Positions 34,491 to 44,057 are shown, counted from the first letter of the stretch. The stretch: DNA of 64,000 nucleotides from Candidatus Saccharibacteria bacterium UBA1103 (GCA_002313515.1 DCBQ01000005.1:16240-80239), one strand, 5' to 3'. The notes: generated from the letters alone by a model not told the origin. A program made the numbers and translations.

Positions 34491-36257
34491 GTGGCGATCT
34501 TAACGGATGAATCTCGACAGAAGATCGAGCAGTACTTCGTTGAGAATGGTGAGCTAACTGAGGACCAGCTAGAAGAATTAAAGAAGCGCGCAAGAGACGC
34601 TGATGAGCCGCTCATTACCTTAATGATTAATGAGCGGGTTATTAATGACGAGCAGTTAACCGAGGCTACCTCGCATGTCACAGGTGTACCTTATGTCAAC
34701 CTATCGCGGGCAGTTATCGATACGAAAATTTTAAATCTGCTGCCGATGGAGACAGCACAACGCTTCATGGCAGTGCCGCTTGGAGAAACAGCTGAGGGTG
34801 GAGCTAAGCGGTTGGCCGTGGCCATGCTGGATGCTAACAACGTTCAGGCGGTGGACTTCCTATCGAACACCATTGGCCGACCAATTAAAGTTTATCTGGC
34901 TTCGGAATCGGGTATAAATAACGTCCTTGCGCAGTATCACATGGATGTTGACCCGACGTTGCAGAATGATGCAACGGCGGAGGCTAAGGCTAAGCTTGCT
35001 AACGTACGTACGATTGTGCAGGATTCGCCGATTTCACGCATTTTGACGCAGTTACTAGAATATGCTCAGCGCTCGCGCGCATCTGATATTCATATTGAGC
35101 CAACCGAGACCAAATTAGTCATTCGTATGCGTATCGATGGTGTATTGCGTGTGGTAATGGAATTACCAAAGTCGGTCGAGGCAGCGTTAATTTCGCGTAT
35201 TAAGATTTTGTCTAACCTAAAAATCGACGAGCACCGCAAGCCTCAGGATGGTGAGTTTACGGTAATGGTCGGTGATAAAGAGGTGGACCTTCGTATTGCT
35301 ATTTCGCCGGTGATTTGGGGTGAGCAGGTGGTGATTCGTTTGCTAGATAAGTCAGGCTCGAGCTTTAAGCTAGAGGACATGGGCTACGCTGGACGGGCAT
35401 TAAGGGCGATTCGTCGGGGTATTAAGAGACCGAACGGTATGGTTCTAACCTCTGGTCCGACTGGTTCAGGTAAGTCTACTTCTTTGTATGCCTTGGTGCA
35501 GGAGATTTATAGCGAACAAATTAACATTATAACCCTAGAGGACCCAGTCGAATATAAGATGAACGGTGTCAACCAGATTCAGGTGAACCCAGCTGCTGGT
35601 TTGACGTTCTCGTCTGGTTTGCGTTCGATTCTGCGTTTGGACCCAGATGTGATTCTAGTGGGTGAAATTCGTGATGCTGAGACTGCTAATTTGGCGGTGC
35701 AAGCGGCTTTGACGGGACACTTGGTCTTCTCGACGCTTCACACTAACTCAGCTGCAGGTATTTTGCCACGTCTTCTAGATATGGGCATTGAGCCGTTCTT
35801 GATCGCCTCGACCATTAATACGGTGATTGGTCAGCGCTTGGTGCGTCGCAATGGTACAGATCGTGAGACCTATACTAGCAGTAAAGTTGAGACCGAACAG
35901 ATTAACGACAAAGTGGGCTATCTACTACCTAAGAATAGTAGCGAGGTTGCTGCAGTTGAGGAAGATTTAGGCTACAAAGGATTGCCGCTATCTGGGCAAG
36001 GATCATATAAGTTAACCAAAGGTATAGATAGTAAGAGCCAGCCGGGTGGCTATAAAGGACGTATGGGTCTATACGAGGTGATTGAGATCTCTGAAGAAAT
36101 TCAACAGCTAATTATTAAACACGCGACCTCTAGTCAAATTCAGCGTCTGGCGGTGGCACAGGGGATGATCCCGATGCAAATGGATGGCTATCTAAAGGCT
36201 TTGACTGGCAAAACTACCATTGAAGAAGTAAACCGCGTAGCTGGTGGTATAGCATAA
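34491..36257 (+). CDS. pilB: Type IV pilus assembly (extension) ATPase PilB/GspE family
   Basis: 588 aa. T2SSE N-domain, Walker A SGPTGSGKST, Asp box, Walker B ..DPDVILVGEIRD.. and His box ..TGHLVFSTLHTN... Confidence 0.9.
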   Translation: MAILTDESRQKIEQYFVENGELTEDQLEELKKRARDADEPLITLMINERVINDEQLTEATSHVTGVPYVNLSRAVIDTKILNLLPMETAQRFMAVPLGETAEGGAKRLAVAMLDANNVQAVDFLSNTIGRPIKVYLASESGINNVLAQYHMDVDPTLQNDATAEAKAKLANVRTIVQDSPISRILTQLLEYAQRSRASDIHIEPTETKLVIRMRIDGVLRVVMELPKSVEAALISRIKILSNLKIDEHRKPQDGEFTVMVGDKEVDLRIAISPVIWGEQVVIRLLDKSGSSFKLEDMGYAGRALRAIRRGIKRPNGMVLTSGPTGSGKSTSLYALVQEIYSEQINIITLEDPVEYKMNGVNQIQVNPAAGLTFSSGLRSILRLDPDVILVGEIRDAETANLAVQAALTGHLVFSTLHTNSAAGILPRLLDMGIEPFLIASTINTVIGQRLVRRNGTDRETYTSSKVETEQINDKVGYLLPKNSSEVAAVEEDLGYKGLPLSGQGSYKLTKGIDSKSQPGGYKGRMGLYEVIEISEEIQQLIIKHATSSQIQRLAVAQGMIPMQMDGYLKALTGKTTIEEVNRVAGGIA

Positions 36258-36301
36258 AGCATAAGTGTGATGATACAATAGAGACAAAATAGGGAGGGTA
36301 T

Positions 36302-37366
36302 ATGGATAGTATAAGAATTGAGATGTTGCTACAAGAGGTGATTAATCAGCATGCCTCGGATCTGCATATTCAGGTTGGCTTACCGCCAATGCTAAGGGTT
36401 GATGGGGCATTGGCACCAATTGCCAATACGCCAACATTAACTCCCGAGATGACGGAAAATCTAATTTTTAGTATTTTGGACGCTGATCAGCAGCAGATTC
36501 TGTTGAAGGATAAGGAATTTGACTTCTCGTTCTCATTTGGTGACTTAGGGCGTTTTCGTGTTAATGCCTTTCACGAGCGAGGCAATATAGCAGGGGCCTT
36601 TCGTCTTATTCCTAACGAGATGCCAACCATCGAGGAGCTGGGCTTGCCAAACGTGGTATCAACTTTTGCGAACTTTCCGCGCGGCTTAGTTTTGGTGACG
36701 GGTCCAACCGGTTCCGGTAAGTCAACTACGCTTGCCGCCCTGATTGATAAAATCAACACCGAAAAGGCTGAGCATATCATCACTATCGAGGATCCAATCG
36801 AGTTTACGCACAAGTCGAAACGTTCAGTCGTTGTGCAGCGCGAAGTACACTATGATACCTATTCATTTAATGCAGCTCTTCGTAGTGCCTTGCGCGAGGA
36901 TCCTGATATCGTCCTGATTGGTGAGATGCGTGACCTTGAAACGATTTCAGCAGCTATAACCATTGCTGAAACAGGTCACTTGGTGTTCGCAACCCTACAC
37001 ACTAACAGTGCATCACAGTCGATAGACCGTATGGTAAATGTCTTTCCACCACATCAGCAGCCACAGATTAAGGCACAGTTGGGCAATATTTTGCAGGCTA
37101 TTTGTTCACAGCGCCTGATTCCGGCCATCGGCGGCGGTCGTGTGGTGGCGGCGGAAATTCTGATCGCTAACGCGGCGGTGCGTAACATTATTCGCGAAGG
37201 CAAGACGCATCAGTTGGATGCGGTGATTCAGACCTCGGCTCGCGAGGGTATGCAGTCGATGGACCGTACGCTAGCCGAGCTAGTGCACAGCGGTCAAATT
37301 ACCTTCGACGAGGCTAAGAATTACGCTGTAGATATAGAGGAATTTGAGAGAATAATGAGGGGGTAG
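36302..37366 (+). CDS. pilT: Type IV pilus retraction ATPase PilT
   Basis: 354 aa. ..ASDLHI.., Walker A TGPTGSGKST, ..DPDIVLIGEMRD.., ..TGHLVFATLHTNSA.. and the AIRNLIREgK-like motif (AAVRNIIREGK). Confidence 0.9.
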   Translation: MDSIRIEMLLQEVINQHASDLHIQVGLPPMLRVDGALAPIANTPTLTPEMTENLIFSILDADQQQILLKDKEFDFSFSFGDLGRFRVNAFHERGNIAGAFRLIPNEMPTIEELGLPNVVSTFANFPRGLVLVTGPTGSGKSTTLAALIDKINTEKAEHIITIEDPIEFTHKSKRSVVVQREVHYDTYSFNAALRSALREDPDIVLIGEMRDLETISAAITIAETGHLVFATLHTNSASQSIDRMVNVFPPHQQPQIKAQLGNILQAICSQRLIPAIGGGRVVAAEILIANAAVRNIIREGKTHQLDAVIQTSAREGMQSMDRTLAELVHSGQITFDEAKNYAVDIEEFERIMRG

Positions 37367-37372
37367 TAGTAA

Positions 37373-38578
37373 ATGTTATCATATAAGTACAAAGCTCGCG
37401 ATACTGCTAGCAATAAAATTGTCAGTTCGACTATCCAAGCGAGTTCTGAGTCGGCTGCGGCACGTCTATTGATGGCGCAGCATATTGTGCCTCTAGAAAT
37501 TAAGCCAGTTGATCAGAGTGGTTTGCTTGCTAAATTGACCAATAAAGTTAGTACTAAGCAACTAGTTATTTTTACACGTCAGCTTTCGACTATGCTGAAC
37601 GCTGGCTTGCCGTTAGCACAGTCACTAACAACTGTGCAGGAGCAGACTAGCAGTGCCGCATTAAAAAACATCGCTGGTGATATTGTCGCTAACATTAACG
37701 GTGGTGCTTCGCTATCATCGTCGATTAAGAAATATCCAGATGTATTCAACAATGTCTATGTAGCTCTGGTGGAGGCAGGTGAGACCTCTGGTACTATGGA
37801 TGAGGCGCTGAATCGACTAGCTAACCAGCTAGAACATGACTCCGATATGTTGGGCAAAATCAAGGGTGCTATGATGTACCCGGCTATCGTGCTAGCAGTT
37901 ATTATCGGCGTGGTGGTGTTTATGCTAGTGTCGCTAGTGCCGCAGGTTAAGAGCCTTTATGACGATATGGGTAAGACTCTGCCGCTACAGACCTTGATCT
38001 TGCAAGCTGTTGCTGATTTCATTATCAAATACTGGTGGCTAACATTGCTAGTGGTTGTTGGTTTGATTATCTTTATTAATCGTTGGAAGAAGACAGATGG
38101 CGGCCGCAAGGCGATTGATACTATGAAGCTTAATGTGCCGCTGTTTGCCACACTGCTGCGTAAGTTATACATGGCGCGCTTCTCGCGTACGATGGAGACG
38201 CTAACTAAGGCAGGTGTGTCTATGCTGGAGTCACTAAAGATTTCGGCCGATGCTGTTAACAATGTAGTCGTCAAAGATGAAATTATGGGTGCGACGAGTA
38301 AAGTAAAAAATGGTAAGTCGCTATCAGAATCGCTATCTAACCAAGACTATATTCTGCCGTTCGTACCGCAGATGATTAAGATCGGTGAAACGTCAGGTGG
38401 TATTGATACGATGTTGGCCAAGGTGGCAGACTATTACGATAAAGAGGTGGACAATGCAATCAACAGTATTTCAACTTTAATTGAGCCAATTCTAATGGTT
38501 CTGATGGCCGGTATGATTGGCTTCATCGTACTAGCTGTGCTACTACCGATTTACACGCTATCAAGTTCGTTGGAATAA
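37373..38578 (+). CDS. pilC: Type IV pilus platform protein PilC (GspF family)
   Basis: 401 aa. Two GspF repeats (..FTRQLSTMLNAGLPL.., ..FSRTMETLTKAGVSM..) and three TM segments. Confidence 0.9.
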   Translation: MLSYKYKARDTASNKIVSSTIQASSESAAARLLMAQHIVPLEIKPVDQSGLLAKLTNKVSTKQLVIFTRQLSTMLNAGLPLAQSLTTVQEQTSSAALKNIAGDIVANINGGASLSSSIKKYPDVFNNVYVALVEAGETSGTMDEALNRLANQLEHDSDMLGKIKGAMMYPAIVLAVIIGVVVFMLVSLVPQVKSLYDDMGKTLPLQTLILQAVADFIIKYWWLTLLVVVGLIIFINRWKKTDGGRKAIDTMKLNVPLFATLLRKLYMARFSRTMETLTKAGVSMLESLKISADAVNNVVVKDEIMGATSKVKNGKSLSESLSNQDYILPFVPQMIKIGETSGGIDTMLAKVADYYDKEVDNAINSISTLIEPILMVLMAGMIGFIVLAVLLPIYTLSSSLE

Positions 38579-38656
38579 TGCTTGCGTTTTTAAATGAACT
38601 GGTATATATTAATGAATGTAAGTTAACTAAAATAAAAGAAAGGGTAGGGAACTTAT

Positions 38657-39172
38657 ATGATTAAAAATCAGAAATCTCAAAAGGGTTTTACCATTATTGA
38701 GGTTGCTCTAGTTTTGGCCGTTGGTGCACTTATCTTCCTAGTGGTGTTCCTAGCTGTGCCTGCACTACAGCGTAACCAGCGTAACGACGCTAGGAAGCGC
38801 GATGCAAGCTCTGTAGCTGAGGCTATTACTAGTTACACGTCAGCAAATCCATCAAAGGCCGTAGATGCCGAAAAGGGTGATGGAAAAATATACGTGGCTG
38901 GAGAAGAAAGCAAGAAGGCAGGTATTGGCCAATTTATTGATACGCTTTCCAATAACACGGATCAGGTCCTATGGAGTGCCGCTACTACAGACATCAACAG
39001 CGTAGGTGATTCTTCGGAGTCAGACAAGAAGAACAGGCTATATGTAGTACCTTCTACACAGTGCGATACTGGCGCTAATACTCTAAAGGCTGGATCCAAG
39101 AAGCAGGCCGCAGTGGTTTACTTTAACGAAACCGCAGGTGGTGTGTCAGCTGCTTGTCAGTCAGTTAACTAG
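38657..39172 (+). CDS. pilA: Type IV pilin (prepilin, major pilin candidate 1)
   Basis: Class III signal MIKNQKSQKG|FTIIEVALVLAV.. with Glu at +5. Own terminator. Confidence 0.85.
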   Translation: MIKNQKSQKGFTIIEVALVLAVGALIFLVVFLAVPALQRNQRNDARKRDASSVAEAITSYTSANPSKAVDAEKGDGKIYVAGEESKKAGIGQFIDTLSNNTDQVLWSAATTDINSVGDSSESDKKNRLYVVPSTQCDTGANTLKAGSKKQAAVVYFNETAGGVSAACQSVN

Positions 39173-39194
39173 TATTAGCTAGGCACAATACCAT

Positions 39195-39221
39195 AAAAAG
39201 AGGGCATTGACCCTCTTTTTT
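39195..39221 (+). terminator. Rho-independent terminator of pilA
   Basis: AAGAGGG-CATTGA-CCCTCTT followed by TTTT. Confidence 0.8.
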
Positions 39222-39235
39222 GTAGCTATGCTGCA

Positions 39236-39403
39236 GTCCCGCCCCCATCAGGGGCGGGCAAGCTGACACATTGATCCCGTAACATCTAACGTCCCGCCCC
39301 ATCAGGGGCGGGCAAGCTGGCGCATCGATGCCCTGCGACATCTAACGTCCCGCCCCATCAGGGGCGGGCAAGCTGGCGCGAAGCGCCGCTGGGTGGGGTT
39401 TGT
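39236..39403 (+). repeat. Tandem mini-array of three (+) two-hairpin elements (period 55-56 bp)
   Basis: GTCCCGCCCC-ATCA-GGGGCGGGCAAGCTG at 39236, 39291 and 39347. Only the last unit carries the full GGCGC-GAA-GCGCCGCTGGGTGGGGTTTGT tail. Confidence 0.9.
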
Positions 39404-39408
39404 AAATA

Positions 39409-39417
39409 TGTTATAAT
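39409..39417 (+). promoter_or_regulatory. Extended -10 box (TGtTATAAT), 6 nt upstream of pilD ATG; leaderless
   Basis: TGTTATAAT-TTACTT-ATG. Confidence 0.6.
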
Positions 39418-39423
39418 TTACTT

Positions 39424-40257
39424 ATGGTAATTATTTGTGCAGTATTCTTATTCATATTAGGCGCAGTGTTTGGCTCATTCGTTGGTGCTTTCACTTGGCG
39501 GCTTAGATATCATAAAGATTGGGTAAAGGGACGGAGTGAGTGCGAACACTGTCACCACAAATTAACACCGCTGGATCTAATCCCAGTTATCAGCTGGCTA
39601 AGTTTAGGCGGTAAATGCCGATACTGCAAGAAGCCGATCGGCTGGACAACCTTACTGCTAGAGCTTTGTCTAGGTGCTGCTTTTACATTGTCATTCTATT
39701 TTTTGCCGATTGCTTTCGGCTCGACACCGGCGCAATTGGTGGCTGGGCAGCATCTATGGCTAATTCTGCTATTGGTAATCTGGCTAGTGATGTTAGTAAT
39801 GCTAGCGGCACTATTTGTTTACGACGCCAAATGGCATTTGCTGCCTAATAAAATTATGTATCCTCTCATTGCTGTAACGCTAATTTATACGTTGATTGCT
39901 AGCTTTACTGTCAACCATATGGAGTTTATGACTTGGCTGGGCGATACATTACTAGCCATGCTGCCAGTTGCAGGTCTTTACGGTGTACTATGGATATTTA
40001 GCGGTGGCCGTTGGATTGGCCTGGGTGATGTAAAGCTGGGTGTTGTCGTGGGGCTATGTCTCGATTGGCAGCTGGCGCTAGCAGTGCTCGCAATCTCAAA
40101 TACTATTGCTTCACTGTCGGTAATACCATTGCTCATCACAAAGAAATTGAGTCCTAATAGTCAGATAGCATTTGGCCCATTTTTGATTGTAGTATTATTT
40201 GCTATGGTCTTGTTCGGCAATTATCTGTATGATTGGTTAATCGCTGCAATTCGTTAA
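39424..40257 (+). CDS. pilD: Prepilin peptidase (A24 family)
   Basis: 277 aa. N-terminal Cys cluster CEHCHHKL...CRYCKKPI, the GLGDVKL active-site motif, polytopic. Confidence 0.85.
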   Translation: MVIICAVFLFILGAVFGSFVGAFTWRLRYHKDWVKGRSECEHCHHKLTPLDLIPVISWLSLGGKCRYCKKPIGWTTLLLELCLGAAFTLSFYFLPIAFGSTPAQLVAGQHLWLILLLVIWLVMLVMLAALFVYDAKWHLLPNKIMYPLIAVTLIYTLIASFTVNHMEFMTWLGDTLLAMLPVAGLYGVLWIFSGGRWIGLGDVKLGVVVGLCLDWQLALAVLAISNTIASLSVIPLLITKKLSPNSQIAFGPFLIVVLFAMVLFGNYLYDWLIAAIR

Positions 40258-40279
40258 TCTATGGAGTTTAAATAGCTTG

Positions 40280-40288
40280 TGCTATAAT
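40280..40288 (+). promoter_or_regulatory. Extended -10 box (TGcTATAAT), 7 nt upstream of ATG 40296; leaderless
   Basis: TGCTATAAT-TTAAGTA-ATG. Confidence 0.6.
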
Positions 40289-40295
40289 TTAAGTA

Positions 40296-41156
40296 ATGAA
40301 ACGAGAGGGTGGCTACACATTAGTGGAAATTGGCCTGGTGATGGCGGTATCGGCCGGGCTACTGCTGATTGCGGGCAGCCTGTATGTGATGTCAGGCAAT
40401 CAGCGTTTTACTGATTCGTTGCAGACCATCCGTACATTTATTGAACAACAGTATAACGATGTGCGTTCTAACATTAGTCAACGTGTAGGCGGTGATGAGA
40501 GCCTATCTTCATTGTGTCCAGTTGATTCGCGTGATTCGGCGAAGGACAAGTCTGCGGGCAATAGCAAGAACTGTCTACTGATGGGCAAAATTATTCAATT
40601 TAAAAACGACCGCATGAAGTCTAGCTATGTGATTGGCGTGCAGCCGACGAATGATTGGCCTGATACAAACAAAACAGCGGTGCAGAATATACAGAGTATG
40701 CGGTTGTATGCAGTAACTAGTTCTAGTGCTGGCCGAGGCATACGCCCGACAGAAAAGCTATACTCTAATGGTAACGAGGCGATTGCTACGCTTGTGTGTG
40801 ACGGCAAGGAATGCGACGATTCTAGATCTCAGGCGCCTGGGGATGATGCTAGCGTGCTAATTCTACATAGTCCGCTAGATAACTCGATTTTGACATTTTC
40901 TTATACTAAATTAGACGGTGAGTCTAGCGAGTATGGTGGGTTGAGTAAAGTAATTAACATTGGCGATAATTCATACACAGGACTGGTGCTGGCTATGCAG
41001 TCTGGTAGTTCTGGTGTTAGAACTGGAGCGCTGTGTGTCCCAGTATCGTCAACATCATCGGGCATTCAGACGGCGTCGCCAGCTGATGGCTTGAGCGGGT
41101 CATCTATTAGTGATCGTAAGGCGCTGTTTAATGTATGTAGTGAGGAGATAGACTGA
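40296..41156 (+). CDS. Minor pilin / pseudopilin (286 aa)
   Basis: Prepilin-type signal MKREGG|YTLVEIGLVMAVSAGLLL. Confidence 0.7.
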   Translation: MKREGGYTLVEIGLVMAVSAGLLLIAGSLYVMSGNQRFTDSLQTIRTFIEQQYNDVRSNISQRVGGDESLSSLCPVDSRDSAKDKSAGNSKNCLLMGKIIQFKNDRMKSSYVIGVQPTNDWPDTNKTAVQNIQSMRLYAVTSSSAGRGIRPTEKLYSNGNEAIATLVCDGKECDDSRSQAPGDDASVLILHSPLDNSILTFSYTKLDGESSEYGGLSKVINIGDNSYTGLVLAMQSGSSGVRTGALCVPVSSTSSGIQTASPADGLSGSSISDRKALFNVCSEEID

Positions 41157-41950
41157 TGAAGATAATTGAACAAATTTGGCATAGTATCTGCCACGAGAAA
41201 GACGGTTTACATAGTGCGTCAGAACATGGCGACACTTTGATTGAAGTGGCAATTGCCATGGCGGTGCTAGGCTCTGTTGCGTTACTAACTTTCACTACTA
41301 TGAATAGCAGCTTGGTATCGATCATGAATTCAACCCAGCGTACATCTGTGCAGCAGAAGGTGAATTCACAAATCGAGATGATTAACTATATACGGAATAA
41401 CGATCCAGCCCAGTGGAAGGTATTTACGGACTCGGCCTTCGGCGCTAACTACGGGCAATTAAACAACGATTCGTATAAATGCCAAATGAGTAGTTATAAT
41501 AGCAATGGTGCGCTAATGCCGTCTACTTACGAGAGTAGTACTGATGCACGGAGCCTTGGCAGCGTATGGCTGGAATACCATCCCGAGGATAGCACACATC
41601 CAGTTAGGGTCTATAGCCTAGCAACCGCAATGGGCACCGATAGTTCAAATCGCTCTACTGCTGCTAAATACTGGGGATCAGTGCAAAATAGGGATTATGC
41701 CTTCGATGGCCGTTCTGGTGTGTCTACCGTATCGATTACTGACCCACAGCCAGGCTATGGCATTTGGGTCGACGTGGGCGCAGCTCAGCCGGGGGCGTCA
41801 GGAGCTAGTTATGGAATACGGGCTGATGAACCATATATTGATGTGGTAGTTAAGGCTTGTTGGACGCCGTTTGGCGCCAAGAGTGATGGTGAGGCGCGTA
41901 TTTTACAGACATATCGCATGCATAAGAATGAGCTTTCGGAGGACTACTAA
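41156..41950 (+). CDS. Minor pilin / pseudopilin (264 aa) with a long leader
   Basis: ..SASEHG|DTLIEVAIAMAVLGSVALL.. prepilin-like motif. Start overlaps the upstream stop (ATGA-type coupling). Confidence 0.6.
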   Translation: MKIIEQIWHSICHEKDGLHSASEHGDTLIEVAIAMAVLGSVALLTFTTMNSSLVSIMNSTQRTSVQQKVNSQIEMINYIRNNDPAQWKVFTDSAFGANYGQLNNDSYKCQMSSYNSNGALMPSTYESSTDARSLGSVWLEYHPEDSTHPVRVYSLATAMGTDSSNRSTAAKYWGSVQNRDYAFDGRSGVSTVSITDPQPGYGIWVDVGAAQPGASGASYGIRADEPYIDVVVKACWTPFGAKSDGEARILQTYRMHKNELSEDY

Positions 41951-42723
41951 TGATTAGGACGCATAGGACAAGGGAGCGTAAGGTGTCAGCAGGCTTTACA
42001 ATTATTGAGGTGTCGCTATCGCTGACTTTTATCGCATTTATTATTCTATTCTTAACGGCTAGTATGCTGAGTATTGTTAGTACTTATAATAAAGGCGTTT
42101 GGCTAAGCCAGGTTAACCAGGCATTGCGTCAGATGAATGCAGATATTGTTGACACAGTTAAGTATAGTGCTTCGCCTAAGGTTAAGATGGTTGACGGTGA
42201 AGCTACGCGGCTATGTGCCAATGGTGTAACTTACGCCTGGAATTTACAAAGCTGGATCGACGAGGGACACCCGCGAAACAGGTTCGATAACGAGCGCAGC
42301 TCTAGTACTTCATCATTGCGTTTAGTCCGCATCGAAGATAAATCTAGCTCGTATTGTAATAGTGGCAGTGATGACTTCATTCCACGTGACAGCAATACGA
42401 GGGTTCTACTCGGCAAAGGTGCCATTTTGCAGGAATTCAATGTGGTACAGGGTATAAATAGTACTCAAAGTATCCCGCTGCTATCGGTTAATGGCGTAGT
42501 GTCAACTGAAGGCTCAAATGCTCCATCTAAGGTTAAGTTGGTCGGCAATGACTATAAATTTGTGAACTATAATGATAATAGTGGAACCTGGCAGTGTGGT
42601 GACTGGGTTGACAGTAATGGCAATGATAGAAAGGATACTGGTGAATTTACACCGAGTAAAGGCTCGTTCTGTGCCAAGGCTGATATCGGTATGCAGATTT
42701 ACGAAAGGGGAGTAGACAAGTGA
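41950..42723 (+). CDS. Minor pilin / pseudopilin (257 aa)
   Basis: ..RKVSAG|FTIIEVSLSLTFIAFIILF.. prepilin-type N-terminus. Confidence 0.7.
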   Translation: MIRTHRTRERKVSAGFTIIEVSLSLTFIAFIILFLTASMLSIVSTYNKGVWLSQVNQALRQMNADIVDTVKYSASPKVKMVDGEATRLCANGVTYAWNLQSWIDEGHPRNRFDNERSSSTSSLRLVRIEDKSSSYCNSGSDDFIPRDSNTRVLLGKGAILQEFNVVQGINSTQSIPLLSVNGVVSTEGSNAPSKVKLVGNDYKFVNYNDNSGTWQCGDWVDSNGNDRKDTGEFTPSKGSFCAKADIGMQIYERGVDK

Positions 42724-44057
42724 TAAAGAATAAATATTTTGCACGGTCAGGTGAACGTGGCCAAGTAGCGATTTTAACGGTATCGATTTTCATGGCAGTC
42801 TTTGCTGTGCTAGTGGTGGGCTTTGCATATGTCATGACGTCAACAGTTAAGGATACAACTAATGATAGTACCAGTTATAGTGCACGTGCGGCGGCTGAGT
42901 CAGGAGTCGAGGACGCTAAACGTCTATTAAAATACTGCTATTCACATATGGATAATTACGGAAACTTTAACTCTGATTCGTCTAATGCTATATGCAGCAA
43001 AGTAATTAATAAATCATATGCTGATCAGACTTGCGATACGGCAATCTCTGCTATGACTGACTCAACCGAAGCGAAGACTCAATTTGGCTTGAGCCCAGCT
43101 CTGGAGGAATCCCATGGCGGCAAGCGAATCCGTGTTTACGATACAACTGGCTCTAATAAGAACAGCAAAGCGATCGAGTACTATCAGTGTCTAAAGCTTG
43201 CCACGCGTACTGAGGACTATACTGGCGCTCTGACTGCTGAAGGTCAATCTTCAATTATTCCATTGCGTCTAGTAGATAAGGATGGTAACCGAGCTGATGC
43301 GCAGCGTATAACTATACAGTGGCATAATAATAGTTCGTCAAGCGTTGGCGACAAGCCTGCTACGGACGCACCTAGCGGTAAAACACTGCCAAAGAAGTCC
43401 GAGTGGAAAACTGCTGGCCGCAGCCTTAGTGACTCGAATGTACCAGCTGTTCTGAGAGCGCAGTTTATTCCAGTGACGAATGGTGATATTTCGGTCCAGA
43501 AGCTATCGGCGGATAGTCGTGCTGTAACTGTACGGCCAACTACGGATGGAGCAACTGGTGAATCATGGGGGACTGATGGCTATAGAGTGTATGCTTTACG
43601 CGGTAAAATCAACCTCCAAGACTACACTGTATCGGACGAGCCAAATGCAACAGCACATCCAAGTATAGTTGGCTTACGGAATTGTAGTAGTAGTGATCAG
43701 TATGCCTGTAGTGTGTCATTTAACAATGATGGAGCAATAAACACAAGCACAGCAGACTGGTACTTACGTATAAACGCAGTTTACAAGAATACGCATTTTC
43801 GTATAACTGCATGTAAAGCAGATGAGAGCAATTGCAGCTCAAACAATGTTCTGTATTTTGATGGTATCCAGCCGGAGGTTGACGTAACCGGCAAGTCAGC
43901 AAGTTCGTATAGCCGCATTAAAGCTCGTCTAGAACCGATGATGGATAATAACGATAATCTGGGAAACTGGTGGCCGGACTACGCCATTGATACTGCTGGT
44001 AAGGTCTGTAAAGATATGACCGTACGTTGGAATAACGGCGACGATAACTGCGATTAG
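42720..44057 (+). CDS. PilX-like large minor pilin / pilus tip candidate (445 aa)
   Basis: GTG start with SD AAAGGGGAG. N-terminus ..GERGQVAILTVSIFMAVFAVLVVGFAYVM resembles the PilX N-terminal domain. Last gene of the pilin block. Confidence 0.5.
   Translation: MIKNKYFARSGERGQVAILTVSIFMAVFAVLVVGFAYVMTSTVKDTTNDSTSYSARAAAESGVEDAKRLLKYCYSHMDNYGNFNSDSSNAICSKVINKSYADQTCDTAISAMTDSTEAKTQFGLSPALEESHGGKRIRVYDTTGSNKNSKAIEYYQCLKLATRTEDYTGALTAEGQSSIIPLRLVDKDGNRADAQRITIQWHNNSSSSVGDKPATDAPSGKTLPKKSEWKTAGRSLSDSNVPAVLRAQFIPVTNGDISVQKLSADSRAVTVRPTTDGATGESWGTDGYRVYALRGKINLQDYTVSDEPNATAHPSIVGLRNCSSSDQYACSVSFNNDGAINTSTADWYLRINAVYKNTHFRITACKADESNCSSNNVLYFDGIQPEVDVTGKSASSYSRIKARLEPMMDNNDNLGNWWPDYAIDTAGKVCKDMTVRWNNGDDNCD

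Noticed and set aside
39236-39403. Possible small CRISPR array: a 29-nt palindromic repeat in 3 copies with ~26-nt intervening segments. The same applies to 4217-4392.
   Set aside because: Only three units. The 'spacers' are short and homologous to each other (both end CATCTAAC). Single copies of the same repeat with a conserved 3' tail are scattered at many gene ends and inside fpg. No cas genes are in the window. It behaves as a REP/MITE-like element, not CRISPR.
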